Origin: Gammaproteobacteria bacterium
Lineage (GTDB): Bacteria; Pseudomonadota; Gammaproteobacteria; Steroidobacterales; Rariloculaceae
Direction of reading: 5' to 3'
Assembly (NCBI GenBank): GCA_022819855.1
Contig: JAJEGN010000011.1
Location: 184,465-248,464, forward strand
Length of the DNA stretch: 64,000 bases
Positions 9,274 through 19,060 of the stretch are shown piece after piece; position 1 is the stretch's first letter, and every line of letters starts with the position of its first letter. The position numbers and the translations under genes are program-made. The notes under the pieces were generated by a model that searched no databases, had not been told where the DNA came from, and saw only the letters and a list, made by a program, of their open reading frames with translations.

Positions 9274-10167
9274 ATGAAACGTTTTGCCCTGCTGACGACG
9301 CTCGCGCTAGCAAGCCCGATTGCCATCGCCCAGGTGGACTTTTCCGGAGAGTGGGCGCCTGCCCATCATGAGGATGCTCCGGAACGGCTTCCGGGCCCCG
9401 AACTTGGCGACTATATGGGGTTGCCCTTGAACGACGCCGCGCGCCTGCAGTCCGATTCCTGGGACGCCGACCGCATCTCGATGGTGATGCAGTACCAGTG
9501 CCGGCCGCATTCGTCCGACTACGGGATGCGCGGACTCGGCTTCATGCGGGTGACCACCGAGTTCGACCCCGTGCATCGGGAGTTGATCGCGTTTCGAACC
9601 TACATGCCGGCCTGGGGCAGCGAGCGTGTCATCTGGCTCGATGGGCGCCCCCACCCGCCCGCGCATGCCGAGTACACGTTTCAGGGATTCTCCACCGGTG
9701 TCTGGAACGGCAACCGGCTGACGATCACGACCACGCATCTCAAGACCAATTACCATCGCCGCAACGGTGTGCCGAGCAGCGACCGGCGCACGGTCACCGA
9801 GCACTGGATGCGACATGGAGACGTCCTGACCGTCGTGACGGTGGTCGACGACCCGGTGTTCTTCACCGAGCCGCTCGTCAGGAGCCAGAACTGGTATCTC
9901 GATCCGAGCCAGCAGGTCCGCCAGTTCTTCTGCGAGTACGTCACGGAGCTTCCGCCCGCCACCCCGGACAGCATCCCGCATCACCTGCCGGGCGAGAACC
10001 CGAACCTGTCGCTCATGGCAGAGTGGTACGGCTTGCCCGCCGAAGTGCTGCGCGGAGGCGCGGAACTCATGTATCCGGAATACCGCGACAGGATGCCGGG
10101 GGCGGAGTTCCCGCAGCCGGAGGTCTGCGAGGTCTATTGCGGTTGCGTTGACTTCCTGACGTGTTAG
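9274..10167 (+). CDS. Secreted protein, unnamed family (paralogue 2 of 4)
   Basis: Leader LLTTLALASPIAIAQ. VDFSGEW ... GFSTGVWNGNRLTITTTHLKTNYHRRNGVPSSDRRTVTEHW ... VVDDPVFF. An AGGAGG-type RBS precedes the ATG. Confidence 0.7.
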   Translation: MKRFALLTTLALASPIAIAQVDFSGEWAPAHHEDAPERLPGPELGDYMGLPLNDAARLQSDSWDADRISMVMQYQCRPHSSDYGMRGLGFMRVTTEFDPVHRELIAFRTYMPAWGSERVIWLDGRPHPPAHAEYTFQGFSTGVWNGNRLTITTTHLKTNYHRRNGVPSSDRRTVTEHWMRHGDVLTVVTVVDDPVFFTEPLVRSQNWYLDPSQQVRQFFCEYVTELPPATPDSIPHHLPGENPNLSLMAEWYGLPAEVLRGGAELMYPEYRDRMPGAEFPQPEVCEVYCGCVDFLTC

Positions 10168-10380
10168 CCGCAACTTGTAGCGAGACGCCCGCTGCATTCG
10201 TCCAGCCACGAATTCCAACTCTTCATGCGTGACGTGAAGAGCCGCAACTGCATTGTGCAGATAAGCCGCCCGGACGTTCCACTCCTTGCAATGCGGGGCG
10301 GGCCATATATGCCATTGACACGCTTCCCGACTACACGGAACTTCCCCGGGTTCCAAGCGTTATCCACACGCTGCCACGTT

Positions 10381-10794
10381 CTACCCGATCACGGTAAAGG
10401 GCACAAGCCGGTGCCCTCGCTTCAGGCGGTAGACCCCAAAATCCTTGCGATCAATCGTGAAAATCGTGCTCAGATTTCGGTCTTCTGCAACGGCCACCAA
10501 CGAAGCATCGGCCAGGTCCATGGGCGCATCGGCGTACTGCGCCATCAACTCAAATGCCCTCGTGAGTCCGGAGTTGTCGAGAAAAAGCACGCGGAGACCC
10601 GATTCAGACACGAAATCCTTGAGACATTCCGCACCCTGGCTTGCAGGACGAAGCAGGTGAAAGGCTTCAGTCAGGACGGGAACAGTCGTCGCGATCGGTT
10701 CCCTGATTACGCCCAACGTCTCCACGCATCGCGCGTGAGATGCATCAAGCGGATCGAACAGCGCCACAAGCGGGCCGGTGTCGATCAGGATCAC
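10381..10794 (-). CDS. vapC: PIN-domain type II toxin
   Basis: MILIDTGPLVALFD ... and a C-terminal TIFTIDRKDF give a PIN acidic-residue pattern. There is a 4-bp overlap with the upstream antitoxin gene. Confidence 0.88.
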   Translation of the reverse strand: MILIDTGPLVALFDPLDASHARCVETLGVIREPIATTVPVLTEAFHLLRPASQGAECLKDFVSESGLRVLFLDNSGLTRAFELMAQYADAPMDLADASLVAVAEDRNLSTIFTIDRKDFGVYRLKRGHRLVPFTVIG

Positions 10795-11051
10795 CGCCGC
10801 CGCTTTGCTTCAATGACTCCGGCGATGGCGGCTTTCGCATCGCTGGCCGGCGCGACAGCATAGCCGCCTGGCCCCGGATCGAGACGTCGGTATATTTCGT
10901 ACGGTGTCATTGCGGCCTGTTCGGCCGCGGTCGAGGCGTATGTCTCAAGGCCCCGCTTGAGCACTTCCGAGATCGTCATCCCCGTACGCTGCCGCAAATC
11001 GGCCAGCACGGCTTCTGCATCATCGTCCAAACGAACTGTCCTGATGCCCAT
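10791..11051 (-). CDS. vapB: Ribbon-helix-helix (CopG/VapB-type) antitoxin
   Basis: MGIRTVRLDDDAEAVLADLRQRTGMTISEVLKRGL is an RHH N-terminus. The gene overlaps vapC. Confidence 0.8.
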   Translation of the reverse strand: MGIRTVRLDDDAEAVLADLRQRTGMTISEVLKRGLETYASTAAEQAAMTPYEIYRRLDPGPGGYAVAPASDAKAAIAGVIEAKRRR

Positions 11052-11443
11052 GGCAACTCTCGCATAGTGTATTACAAAAGGTAATACATGCTCCGGGTAG
11101 AAGCAACGGCCAATACGATCCTTGATCGCGGGGGGCTGTGAGGTCTATAGCCAAATCCGGCGATTTCGATTCATTTCGCCCGCTACTTCGCAGTTGTCTA
11201 ACCGAACCACCGCCGGCGCAGCACGCCCTTCCTTGAGTTCCAGGTTCACTGAATCCGATGGTCACCAGGCGCGGTCGCTGCTGTGATCCCTTGATGCGGA
11301 AGGGGCGCGCGGGCCTTCCCGGCGACCGGACGAGCGGAACTCGCACCATGCGAGAGTTCCGTGCCTCGCGCACCGGGCATTCAGCATGGAAATCCATCTC
11401 CACCAGCGGCGTACGCAGGGCCCATCGGGCGTACAATCGGGAC

Positions 11444-13120
11444 ATGACTCGTTCACCTTTGATGGCCCTGTTTCTGTACCTGTGCTGCTCGAACGCACTC
11501 GCGCTCGACGGCACGCTGATCGTCGCCAACCGCACCGGCGGCAGCATCTCGTTCATCGACCTGACCGCGGGTGTGGAGATCGCTCGCGTTCCGATCGGCC
11601 CGATCATTCCGCACGAGGTGGCGGTGTCGCCGGACGGTACGAAGGCGCTTACCGGCGAATACGGGCCCGAGGACGATCACGGCCGGCACATCGTGTTGAT
11701 CGACGTCGCGAGCGCGAGCGTAGAAGCGCGAATCGATCTCGGCCCGAACTCCCGTCCACACACCCCTCTGTTCCTGCCCGACGGTCGTCACGCTGTCGCG
11801 ACCATGCAGGAATCCGATCAACTGGCGCTCGTAGATCTTGAGTCGCGCAGCATCGTGCGAACCTACCCGACGGGCGGGCGTGATGGCCACATGGTGCGGA
11901 TAAGCCCTGATGGCTCCCGGGCTTATGTCACGAGCCGCGGTGCCGAGGGCACCCTGTCAGTGATTTTTCTCGACGAGGAGCGCGACCCGGTCGTGATCCA
12001 AACAGGCCTCGGCGCCGAAGGCATCGATGTCACCGCAGACGGCAGCGAGATCTGGGTCGCGAACCGCCGCGAGGAGACGATTTCCGTGATCGATGCGGAG
12101 TCTCTCGAGGTCGTTGCGACGCTGGAATCGCGGCAGTGGTCCGGACGGATCGCAATGGGTCCTGAGGGTTACGCCATCGTTCCGAACGGCGGCGGCCGGC
12201 AAGCGCCGGTGCCGCGCTTCGTCCGGCTGTGGGACGTGAACTCCAGAACGCTCGTTGCCGAAGCGCCGCTGCCGGGCGAGCCATTCGAGGGCAACTTCGG
12301 CGCGATGATCCTTGACGGGATGGCGTTCGTCGCCGATCCCGGGGAAGGACTCATACGGGTCTACGACCTTGCCGAAGGGCTCGACAGCCGGCGCGTGCTG
12401 ATCGACAAGCACGACGCGCCCGACGGCATGGCCTGGACGCCGGTGCGCGTCAACGCCATGGCGGCCGCCGCTCAGGCGGGTTCGTCCGGCGGGACGGATC
12501 GAACGGACTCCGGTTCGGCGTCCACTGGGGCGGATCGACAGGACGCCGGATCGCCGCCCGACCTCACCGGGATCTGGATGCAGGACCGCGGCACCTGGTC
12601 GATCGACGAGCTGCCGTTCACGGCGGAGGGCCGGGCAAAGCACGCGACCAAGCGCGCGCCCGATTCGGTCGAGGCGTGCACGGTCCACCACTTCGGGCAG
12701 ACCATCACGGCGCCTTTCCCGGTGGAGATCCTGCAGCGCGAGGATCGTGCGACCTTCCTCTACGAGCTCCAGCACGAAGTGCGACGCGTCTTCATGGACG
12801 GGCGCGGCCATCCCGAGACGCTCTACCCGACCATCATGGGGCATTCGATCGGTCGCTGGGAGGGCGCAACGCTGGTCGTCGAGACCACCGGTTTTCGGGA
12901 AGGCTGGTTCAGGCCCGAAGGCGTCCCGTACTCGGAGCAGGCACACGTCACGGAACGCTACACGCTCAACGCGTCCGGCGACGAGATCGAGGTCGAGCTT
13001 GTCCTGGCCGACCCCGTTTACTACAGAGAACCGGTGGTCGTGACGCGCACGTTCACGCTGATGCCCGACGGGCAAATCTTCGAGTACGTTTGTGTCGTTT
13101 CGGAGTACCTTTACGAGTGA
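11444..13120 (+). CDS. Exported fusion: YVTN/lactonase-type beta-propeller N-terminal half plus unnamed-family domain (paralogue 3 of 4)
   Basis: Start taken at the ATG at 11444 (leader MTRSPLMALFLYLCCSNALA). Propeller-like repeats (GGSISFIDL, PHEVAVSPDG, GHMVRISPDGSRAYVT, EGIDVTADGSEIWVANR). C-terminal half reads PDLTGIW ... GHSIGRWEGATLVVETTGF ... EGVPYSEQAHVTERY. Confidence 0.75.
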   Translation: MTRSPLMALFLYLCCSNALALDGTLIVANRTGGSISFIDLTAGVEIARVPIGPIIPHEVAVSPDGTKALTGEYGPEDDHGRHIVLIDVASASVEARIDLGPNSRPHTPLFLPDGRHAVATMQESDQLALVDLESRSIVRTYPTGGRDGHMVRISPDGSRAYVTSRGAEGTLSVIFLDEERDPVVIQTGLGAEGIDVTADGSEIWVANRREETISVIDAESLEVVATLESRQWSGRIAMGPEGYAIVPNGGGRQAPVPRFVRLWDVNSRTLVAEAPLPGEPFEGNFGAMILDGMAFVADPGEGLIRVYDLAEGLDSRRVLIDKHDAPDGMAWTPVRVNAMAAAAQAGSSGGTDRTDSGSASTGADRQDAGSPPDLTGIWMQDRGTWSIDELPFTAEGRAKHATKRAPDSVEACTVHHFGQTITAPFPVEILQREDRATFLYELQHEVRRVFMDGRGHPETLYPTIMGHSIGRWEGATLVVETTGFREGWFRPEGVPYSEQAHVTERYTLNASGDEIEVELVLADPVYYREPVVVTRTFTLMPDGQIFEYVCVVSEYLYE

Positions 13121-13539
13121 TGACCGTCAAGCACATGTCCGGTTTGCGGGGACTCTGCGCACTGGCGGGCGGCTGTATTGCCGCCGCCGCCGCGGCGCAT
13201 CACTCCTTTCCCACCGTCTACGACGTGAACGCGCGTACGACGATCGACGGCGTCGTCACCGAAGTCCTGTATCAGAATCCTCACGCGCGCCTCTATCTGC
13301 GCGTCACGAGTGAAGATGGCGGGGAGGAAATCTGGGAGCTCGAAACCCAGAACACGAGCTTCCTTCGCCGGGGCGGCTGGCTGCCCGATTCCGTGCAGCC
13401 GGGCGACCGGCTTACCGTGGAAGGCAATCTCGCCTACGAGATCGAGAAACGACTGTACGTGCAGGTCATCACGCGCGAGAACGGCGAGGTGTTCTGGGTG
13501 CAGGACCCAGGGCCATTGCGCGAAGAAGGCTTCCAGTAG
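13120..13539 (+). CDS. Small exported protein with AHH motif at the predicted mature N-terminus (recalled as DUF6152-like)
   Basis: The ATG at 13120 overlaps the upstream TGA. Leader ...CIAAAAAAHHSF. Paralogue of 57297..57758 (AHHx...EGxVxEV...PHxR...GD.L.V.G). The DUF number is from memory and unverified. Confidence 0.7.
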   Translation: MTVKHMSGLRGLCALAGGCIAAAAAAHHSFPTVYDVNARTTIDGVVTEVLYQNPHARLYLRVTSEDGGEEIWELETQNTSFLRRGGWLPDSVQPGDRLTVEGNLAYEIEKRLYVQVITRENGEVFWVQDPGPLREEGFQ

Positions 13540-13599
13540 CGTTCGAACGGCTGGCGTCAGCGCTCCGTCCGCCCGCGGCAGGGAGGCGTTTCAGTCAGG

Positions 13600-14163
13600 T
13601 CAGCGAGGTGGCGGCTCGCGCGCGGGCCATTCAATGAGGAAGGCTCCGCGCAGATCTCCGGCCTCGAATCCGGTCGCCTGATCTTCGGGGTAGTGATCGG
13701 CGATGGTCGCGGCGACTTCCGCTGCGATCCCGGACCCGTGACACGTCAGGCACAGGCCCTGGGTGACGATGGCGCTCATGTAGCGGGCGCTGCCGTCGGG
13801 CCTCGTCTCGAAGCGCTCCAGCGGCGGCGTCGCGCCTGCCGCAAGATCCCGCTCGAACGTCATGAGCACCGTGCGCGCGTCTGCGTCGGGCGCATTGTCC
13901 GGATTCCTGAGCCTGAGCGCCGTTCGGCCTACGCTGGCGCCAGCCTGCTCGGACACTCCGGCGGCGATGGGGGAAGCCTCGAGATTGCAAAGCCGGATGG
14001 CCTCGACCGGTCCGTCCGTTCCGATCGCTGTGAGCAATGTTGCGCCGAGTTCCTGTCCGAGTTGCATCGCGGCGTCGCGTGAACGAGTCAGACGATCGTC
14101 ATCCTGGGCCGTGGCGGACACGCTCACGAGCGCCCATAGCAGCAACAGTAATCTCGGATTCAT
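13600..14163 (-). CDS. DUF3365 (Tll0287-like) c-type haem domain protein, exported
   Basis: Leader LLLLLWALVSVSATAQ, RLRNPDNAPD, and a single CLTCHG haem-binding motif. Confidence 0.75.
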   Translation of the reverse strand: MNPRLLLLLWALVSVSATAQDDDRLTRSRDAAMQLGQELGATLLTAIGTDGPVEAIRLCNLEASPIAAGVSEQAGASVGRTALRLRNPDNAPDADARTVLMTFERDLAAGATPPLERFETRPDGSARYMSAIVTQGLCLTCHGSGIAAEVAATIADHYPEDQATGFEAGDLRGAFLIEWPAREPPPR

Positions 14164-14464
14164 GATTTCTCACCCCCTGAGGCGCGGTCGTGAACGTCGT
14201 TGCCGATCCTGGTGACGGCGTGGTGCGTTCGTGGTTTCGCTTGCGACCGCCGCGTCGATGATACCGGGCGCAGTCCGCAGAGGATGCACAACCGCACGAG
14301 GATCGAACTCGATCCACCGGATTACTCATGCCGACCGCCCGCGGGCGCTGCGCCTTTTGGGGAGAGTGGCCGGGCTGTTCGAGCGCTGCCGTACACCGGC
14401 CACAGGACATATAATCCGCGCCACCGGATTTCCCTCACTGACAGCAATTTCCAAGGAGAAACAC

Positions 14465-15181
14465 GTGATTCCCAGAATCCGCTCAACCGCCCTTGCGCTG
14501 TGTCTCGTCGCGTTCGCGTCGGCCGCGTTCGGCGTCGCTCCCGACTTCATGGACAAGCTCGCTGACGAGTCCCGCCCGCTTGAGGACCGGATGCGCGACG
14601 GCGCGCGGCGCCCGTATCAGGTCATGCAGTTGCTCGGCGTCGAGGAGGGCATGACCGTTGTCGACATCGGTGCCGGTGGCGGCTGGTACACGCGGGTGCT
14701 GTCCGCTGCCGTCGGGCCGAGCGGCGCGGTGATCGGCCAGTTCGGGCCGCGGGCCCTGCAGCGCGAGGATGGCCGGGCGCCCAGGGAGCTTGCAGCGAGC
14801 CTCGGCAACGTGGAAGCGTCGTTCGAGGATCTCGGGGATCTCGAGCCGAACATCGCCGACGTCGCAGTCACGGCCCTGAACATGCATCACGGCAACGCCG
14901 AGCGGCTCATCCCGTATCTGCGCGCTGTCAACGACGTACTGAAGCCCGGCGGTATGGCGGCCATCATCGATCACATCGGCTCGCCGGAGAACGACAATTC
15001 CCGGCTACACCGGATGCTCGTGTCCGACGCGAGAGAGTGGATCGAGGCGGCGGGCCTACAGATCGTCGAGGAGTCGGATATCCTGAGAACGGCGGCCGAC
15101 GATCATACGTTGTCTGCAACCGACCCGAGGATCGGCAGGAACAGCGACCGCTTCCTGTTCGTCGTCCGCAAGGGGCAGTAG
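14465..15181 (+). CDS. Class I SAM-dependent methyltransferase with N-terminal signal peptide
   Basis: AAGGAG lies 5 nt upstream of the GTG at 14465. Leader STALALCLVAFASAAFG. SAM motif I is VVDIGAGGGWYT. Confidence 0.78.
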   Translation: MIPRIRSTALALCLVAFASAAFGVAPDFMDKLADESRPLEDRMRDGARRPYQVMQLLGVEEGMTVVDIGAGGGWYTRVLSAAVGPSGAVIGQFGPRALQREDGRAPRELAASLGNVEASFEDLGDLEPNIADVAVTALNMHHGNAERLIPYLRAVNDVLKPGGMAAIIDHIGSPENDNSRLHRMLVSDAREWIEAAGLQIVEESDILRTAADDHTLSATDPRIGRNSDRFLFVVRKGQ

Positions 15182-15288
15182 CATGGCCCATCGCTGCGTG
15201 CTTGCACGCCGCCACCGGCGCGGGGGAGGCGGTCACGAGCCTGGTGGTCGGCTGCATCGGAGCGCACCTGGAGCGGTGCGGAGCCCTC

Positions 15289-15876
15289 TCAGGGCCAAAG
15301 GTCGCCGAGGCTGAAGGTCACGGCATCGAAGGGACGGACGCTGACCGGATCGTCGTTCCTGGCGCTCCCGATCTGAAGCCACCGCGCCTCGCGCAGCTCG
15401 AATGCATCGAGCGTGCGTTCGGTCGGGTCCACAAGCCACAGATGTTCAATGCCCGCGCGGGCGTAGACCGGGCGCTTGCCTTGCAGGTCGAGCTTGCGGG
15501 TCGAGGCCGAGAGCACCTCGCACACCCAGTCCGGCGCGAGGGTGAAATACGCCGAGTCGGGATACTCCGGCATTCGTTCCCGACGCCAGCCAGCCAGATC
15601 CGGTACAAGGATGTCGTCGCCGAGATGAAGCTCCGGTTCGTCGATGACCCACCAGCCGCCTGGACCATCCGAGTCGTTGTGGAAAGGACCGCCGATTCTG
15701 ACGCCCAGCCGGGAACTTGCCAGCGCGTGTGGCGCGGCGGGTCGCGGCTGGGTATACAGCGTGCCATCGACGATCTCGGCCACCCGATTCGGCGGCGCGT
15801 CGAGCACGTCCTGGTAGGTCGCCCGGCGGCCGGGCGGGGAGCCGCCCCTGCGGGCTGCAGTTTTCGAGGTGCTCAT
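15289..15876 (-). CDS. Uma2-family (DUF820) restriction-endonuclease-fold protein
   Basis: ...RVAEIVDGTLY ... PDLAGWRRER ... APDWVCEVLS ... D...K..YA..G..H.W.VDP is a typical Uma2 pattern. Start chosen at the internal ATG 15876. Confidence 0.78.
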   Translation of the reverse strand: MSTSKTAARRGGSPPGRRATYQDVLDAPPNRVAEIVDGTLYTQPRPAAPHALASSRLGVRIGGPFHNDSDGPGGWWVIDEPELHLGDDILVPDLAGWRRERMPEYPDSAYFTLAPDWVCEVLSASTRKLDLQGKRPVYARAGIEHLWLVDPTERTLDAFELREARWLQIGSARNDDPVSVRPFDAVTFSLGDLWP

Positions 15877-16415
15877 GGCATGGTGCCCGGCGTAAGTCGC
15901 ACACATGCACCGCTGCAGCGGTTGCCCGTTGCTGCGATCGCGCGTTCGAGGATGAATCCGGTCTCCGTCATGAGGCCACCTTACAGGATCGATTCCGATG
16001 TTTGCAGACAGGCTGTCAGGTCGAAGCTACGAACTGTCGTAGTTGGAAGCGGGGTTGCGGTCGATTCCGGGCGAATCTCAAGAATAACCGGGCAAAGGTT
16101 CAGGGGGAGATCAGCGAAATTGATCATTCTCCAGCGTTTCGGGGCTCGAGCTGAGATAGATCGTGTGTTGTGCATACGCTCGGCGCCCTGGCGGATGTCG
16201 TGGGGATAGCTCTGGAAGGGCTGAGGTACCTTCCCGAGCGTGCTGGACGGGTCCGCGACCGCCTGACGCATTAAGGTGGACGAGCCGTTCGTGGTGGTAC
16301 TCTTTCGATCGATGATTTCTGCTCGCCCGAAAATCATGGCTCGCGGTTTCCCGCACGTTGGGCAACGCGACGAGAACCAGCATCGCTTAGCGATACCCGA
16401 TACCGAGCGGGACGC

Positions 16416-17531
16416 ATGATGCGAACAATGCCCATTAGCGAAGACCTGACCCGCTACCACCGCCAGATGATCCTGCCCGGGATCGGGGAGGATGGGCAAC
16501 GGCGCCTGTTGGAATCCACGGCCTGCGTACTCGGCTGCGGCGCACTCGGAACCGTCATCGCCGACCTGCTGGCGCGCGCCGGCGTCGGTCATCTCGTGAT
16601 CGTCGACCGCGATTTCATCGAGACCACGAACCTGCAGCGGCAGACGCTCTTCGACGAAGACGATATCGCCGACGGGATCCCCAAGGCCGAAGCGGCGCGG
16701 CGCAGGCTCGCGAAGGTCAACTCCGCGGTTCGCGTCACGGCTGTCGTGGACGACCTCAACCGTACGAACATCGCGCGTTATGCGAGTGGGGCGGACGTGC
16801 TCGTCGACGGTCTCGACAACTTCGAGGGCCGCTACCTGATCAACGATTTCGCGGTCAAGCACTGCATCCCGTACATCTACGGCGGCGCGGTCGGGACCGT
16901 CGGTGCGGCGTTTGCGATCCTGCCGCACACGCGCAGCGGCGATGCGCCCTGGGAGACGCTGCAGGACGGCAACCGTGCGGGTCCCTGCTTGCGCTGCCTC
17001 TTCGAGGAGGAGCCGGTGCCGGGGACGATGCCGACATGCGACACGGCCGGCATCCTCGCTTCCGCGGCTGTCACGGTCGCAAGTTTCGAAGTCGCGGAGA
17101 CGCTCAAGGTGCTGACCGGGAACTACGAGCACGTCTGCCCGACGATGCTGAACGTGGATCTGTGGAGCAACAGCGTGGCGCAGCTTGGCGTCAGCGGCGC
17201 CTACGAGCACGGGGACTGCCCTTGCTGCAAGCACGGGCGCTACGAATACCTCGAGGGTTCGCGCGGTTCAGGCGCAACGACGCTCTGCGGACGCGATGCC
17301 GTACAACTCACCCACCGGCAAAGCCAGTCAGGGGTCGACCTCGAGGAGATCGCGGGCCGCCTGCGCGCGCACGGCGAAGTGCGCGCCAACCGATTCATGC
17401 TGCGTGCGAACGTCACCGACCACGGCAATTCCTACATCCTGAGCCTGTTTCCCGATGGTCGCGCGATCGTGCACGGCACGGCCGAGGCGGCCGTGGCCAG
17501 GGGCATCTATGCGAAGTTCATTGGCGCGTGA
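16416..17531 (+). CDS. ThiF/MoeB/HesA-family E1-like adenylyltransferase with C-terminal extension
   Basis: RYHRQMILPGIGEDGQRRL, nucleotide loop VLGCGALGTVIADLLARAGVGHLVIVDRD, NLQRQ, CLRC plus CPCC cysteine pairs, and a C-terminal ...LFPDGRAIVHGT...ARGIYAKFIGA. Confidence 0.85.
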   Translation: MMRTMPISEDLTRYHRQMILPGIGEDGQRRLLESTACVLGCGALGTVIADLLARAGVGHLVIVDRDFIETTNLQRQTLFDEDDIADGIPKAEAARRRLAKVNSAVRVTAVVDDLNRTNIARYASGADVLVDGLDNFEGRYLINDFAVKHCIPYIYGGAVGTVGAAFAILPHTRSGDAPWETLQDGNRAGPCLRCLFEEEPVPGTMPTCDTAGILASAAVTVASFEVAETLKVLTGNYEHVCPTMLNVDLWSNSVAQLGVSGAYEHGDCPCCKHGRYEYLEGSRGSGATTLCGRDAVQLTHRQSQSGVDLEEIAGRLRAHGEVRANRFMLRANVTDHGNSYILSLFPDGRAIVHGTAEAAVARGIYAKFIGA

Positions 17532-17631
17532 CTAGCGCCGTCTGATCTCGACGCGACTTGCGCCCCCTGCGATGGATGCCGGTAATTCTCGCCAGGTGTG
17601 CGATGTTCTGCACAGGCGGCGGAGCTTGGGA

Positions 17632-17663
17632 GGCGCCGGACGTCCGTAGAGGCGCCGTTTTTT
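17632..17663 (+). terminator. Possible intrinsic terminator after the E1-like gene
   Basis: GGCGCC (17632-17637) can pair with GGCGCC (17651-17656) across a 13-nt loop, followed by GTTTTTT. The stem is short. Confidence 0.35.
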
Positions 17664-17728
17664 CGCTCACGTACGCGGCGAGCAGCGTCGTGATCTCGTC
17701 ACGCCCTGCCGATAGCGAGCCGCGCGTG

Positions 17729-17759
17729 TTGACTTGCGTTAGCCGCGCTCGGCGATAAT
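17729..17759 (+). promoter_or_regulatory. Possible sigma70-type promoter for the BNR/MoaD-like pair
   Basis: TTGACT at 17729-17734 and GATAAT at 17754-17759. The spacing of 19 nt is longer than optimal. It lies about 40 nt upstream of the start at 17797. Confidence 0.3.
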
Positions 17760-17796
17760 CGCCCGCCCGCCACCACAGTTTTCACGGAGACAGCTT

Positions 17797-18990
17797 GTGA
17801 CCGCAGTACGGGTTCTCGTCGGCACCAAGAAGGGTGCGTTCATCCTCACCGCTGACGGCAAGCGTGATGAATGGACCGTCGCCGGGCCGCACTTTTCCGG
17901 TTGGGAGATCTACCACATGAAGGGGTCTCCGGTTGATCCGGACCGCATCTACGCGTCGCAGACGACCGAGTGGTTCGGGCAGATCATCCAGCGCTCGAGC
18001 AACGGCGGCGAGACGTGGGAGCAGCCCGGTTCGAGCGACAAGACGCCAGCGGAGCCGTCGGATGTCCCCGCGATGCCGCAAGGCGAGAGCAACAACTTCG
18101 TCTACGACACTTCCGAGGAGACCGGGCACCCGCTGACGACCCACCAGTGGTACGACGGGACACAGCATCCCTGGGAATTCGCCCGTGTCTGGCATCTTGA
18201 GCCGTCATTGACCGATCCCGATCTCGTCTACGCGGGCGTCGAGGATGCGGCGCTCTTCCGTACGACCGACGGCGGCAAGTCGTGGCACGAGATGTCAGGG
18301 CTCCGCGGCCACCAAACCGGAGCCGGGTGGTCGCCCGGCGCGGGCGGCATGTGCCTGCATACCATCCTGCTCGATCCGGAAAACCCGGACAGGATGTACA
18401 CGGCGATCTCCGCTGCGGGCGCGTTTCGCACGGACGACGGCGGGGACAGCTGGCGGCCGATCAATCGCGGCCTGCGTTCGGAGTACATTCCCGATCCGAC
18501 CGCCGAGGTTGGACATTGCGTCCACCGTCTCGCCATGCATCCGGCAAGGCCGGCCACCCTCTACATGCAGAAGCACTGGGACGTCATGCGCAGCGACGAC
18601 GCGGGCGACAACTGGTACGAGATCAGCGGCAATCTCCCCACGGACTTCGGCTTCCCGATCGAAGTGCACGCGCATGAGCCGGAGACGGTCTACGTCGTCC
18701 CGATCAAGAGCGACTCCCTGCACTATCCGCCGGAAGGCAAGCTCCGTGTCTACCGCAGCCGGACGGGCGGCAACGAATGGGAAGCGCTGACCGAAGGCCT
18801 GCCGCAGCAACACTGTTACGTCAACGTGCTGCGCGACGCGATGGCCGTCGATACGCTCGATCCTGGCGGCATCTACTTCGGAACGACCGGCGGGCAGGTC
18901 TATGGCTCGTCCGACGGCGGCGACACGTGGACGGCCATAGTTCGCGACTTGCCGGCCGTGCTGTCCGTCGAGGTGCAGACGTTGTCGTGA
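17797..18990 (+). CDS. BNR/Asp-box repeat beta-propeller protein (sialidase-fold / Ycf48-like), no signal peptide seen
   Basis: Six Asp-box-like motifs: [48 protein letters not shown]. Confidence 0.8.
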   Translation: MTAVRVLVGTKKGAFILTADGKRDEWTVAGPHFSGWEIYHMKGSPVDPDRIYASQTTEWFGQIIQRSSNGGETWEQPGSSDKTPAEPSDVPAMPQGESNNFVYDTSEETGHPLTTHQWYDGTQHPWEFARVWHLEPSLTDPDLVYAGVEDAALFRTTDGGKSWHEMSGLRGHQTGAGWSPGAGGMCLHTILLDPENPDRMYTAISAAGAFRTDDGGDSWRPINRGLRSEYIPDPTAEVGHCVHRLAMHPARPATLYMQKHWDVMRSDDAGDNWYEISGNLPTDFGFPIEVHAHEPETVYVVPIKSDSLHYPPEGKLRVYRSRTGGNEWEALTEGLPQQHCYVNVLRDAMAVDTLDPGGIYFGTTGGQVYGSSDGGDTWTAIVRDLPAVLSVEVQTLS

Positions 18991-19060
18991 TCCAGGTCAG
19001 GTTGCCGTTTCCAGGTAATGTGCGGACTCGATGCAAGGCCGCAATCAGTCAGTGGTTCAC

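Noticed and set aside
11020-11607. 195-aa minus-strand ORF across the vapB upstream region and the start of the beta-propeller fusion gene
   Set aside because: It overlaps two well-supported genes and has no motifs. It is probably a chance ORF.
15907-16415. ~500-bp intergenic region between the Uma2 and E1-like genes, considered as a possible structured RNA (starts like ggggatagctctgg...)
   Set aside because: It does not match my memory of tmRNA, SRP RNA, 6S or RNase P starts. I could not derive a convincing fold by hand. It needs an Rfam scan.
16336-16419. 27-codon upstream ORF (MARGFPHVGQRDENQHRLAIPDTERDA) whose TGA overlaps the ATG of the E1-like gene
   Set aside because: The overlap looks like translational coupling, but there is no RBS. 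Its conservation cannot be checked here, and such short ORFs arise by chance. It is noted only.
15981-17234. 417-aa ORF antisense to the ThiF/MoeB-like gene
   Set aside because: It has no recognisable domain and an Arg/Ala-rich composition. The opposite strand encodes a textbook E1-like enzyme.
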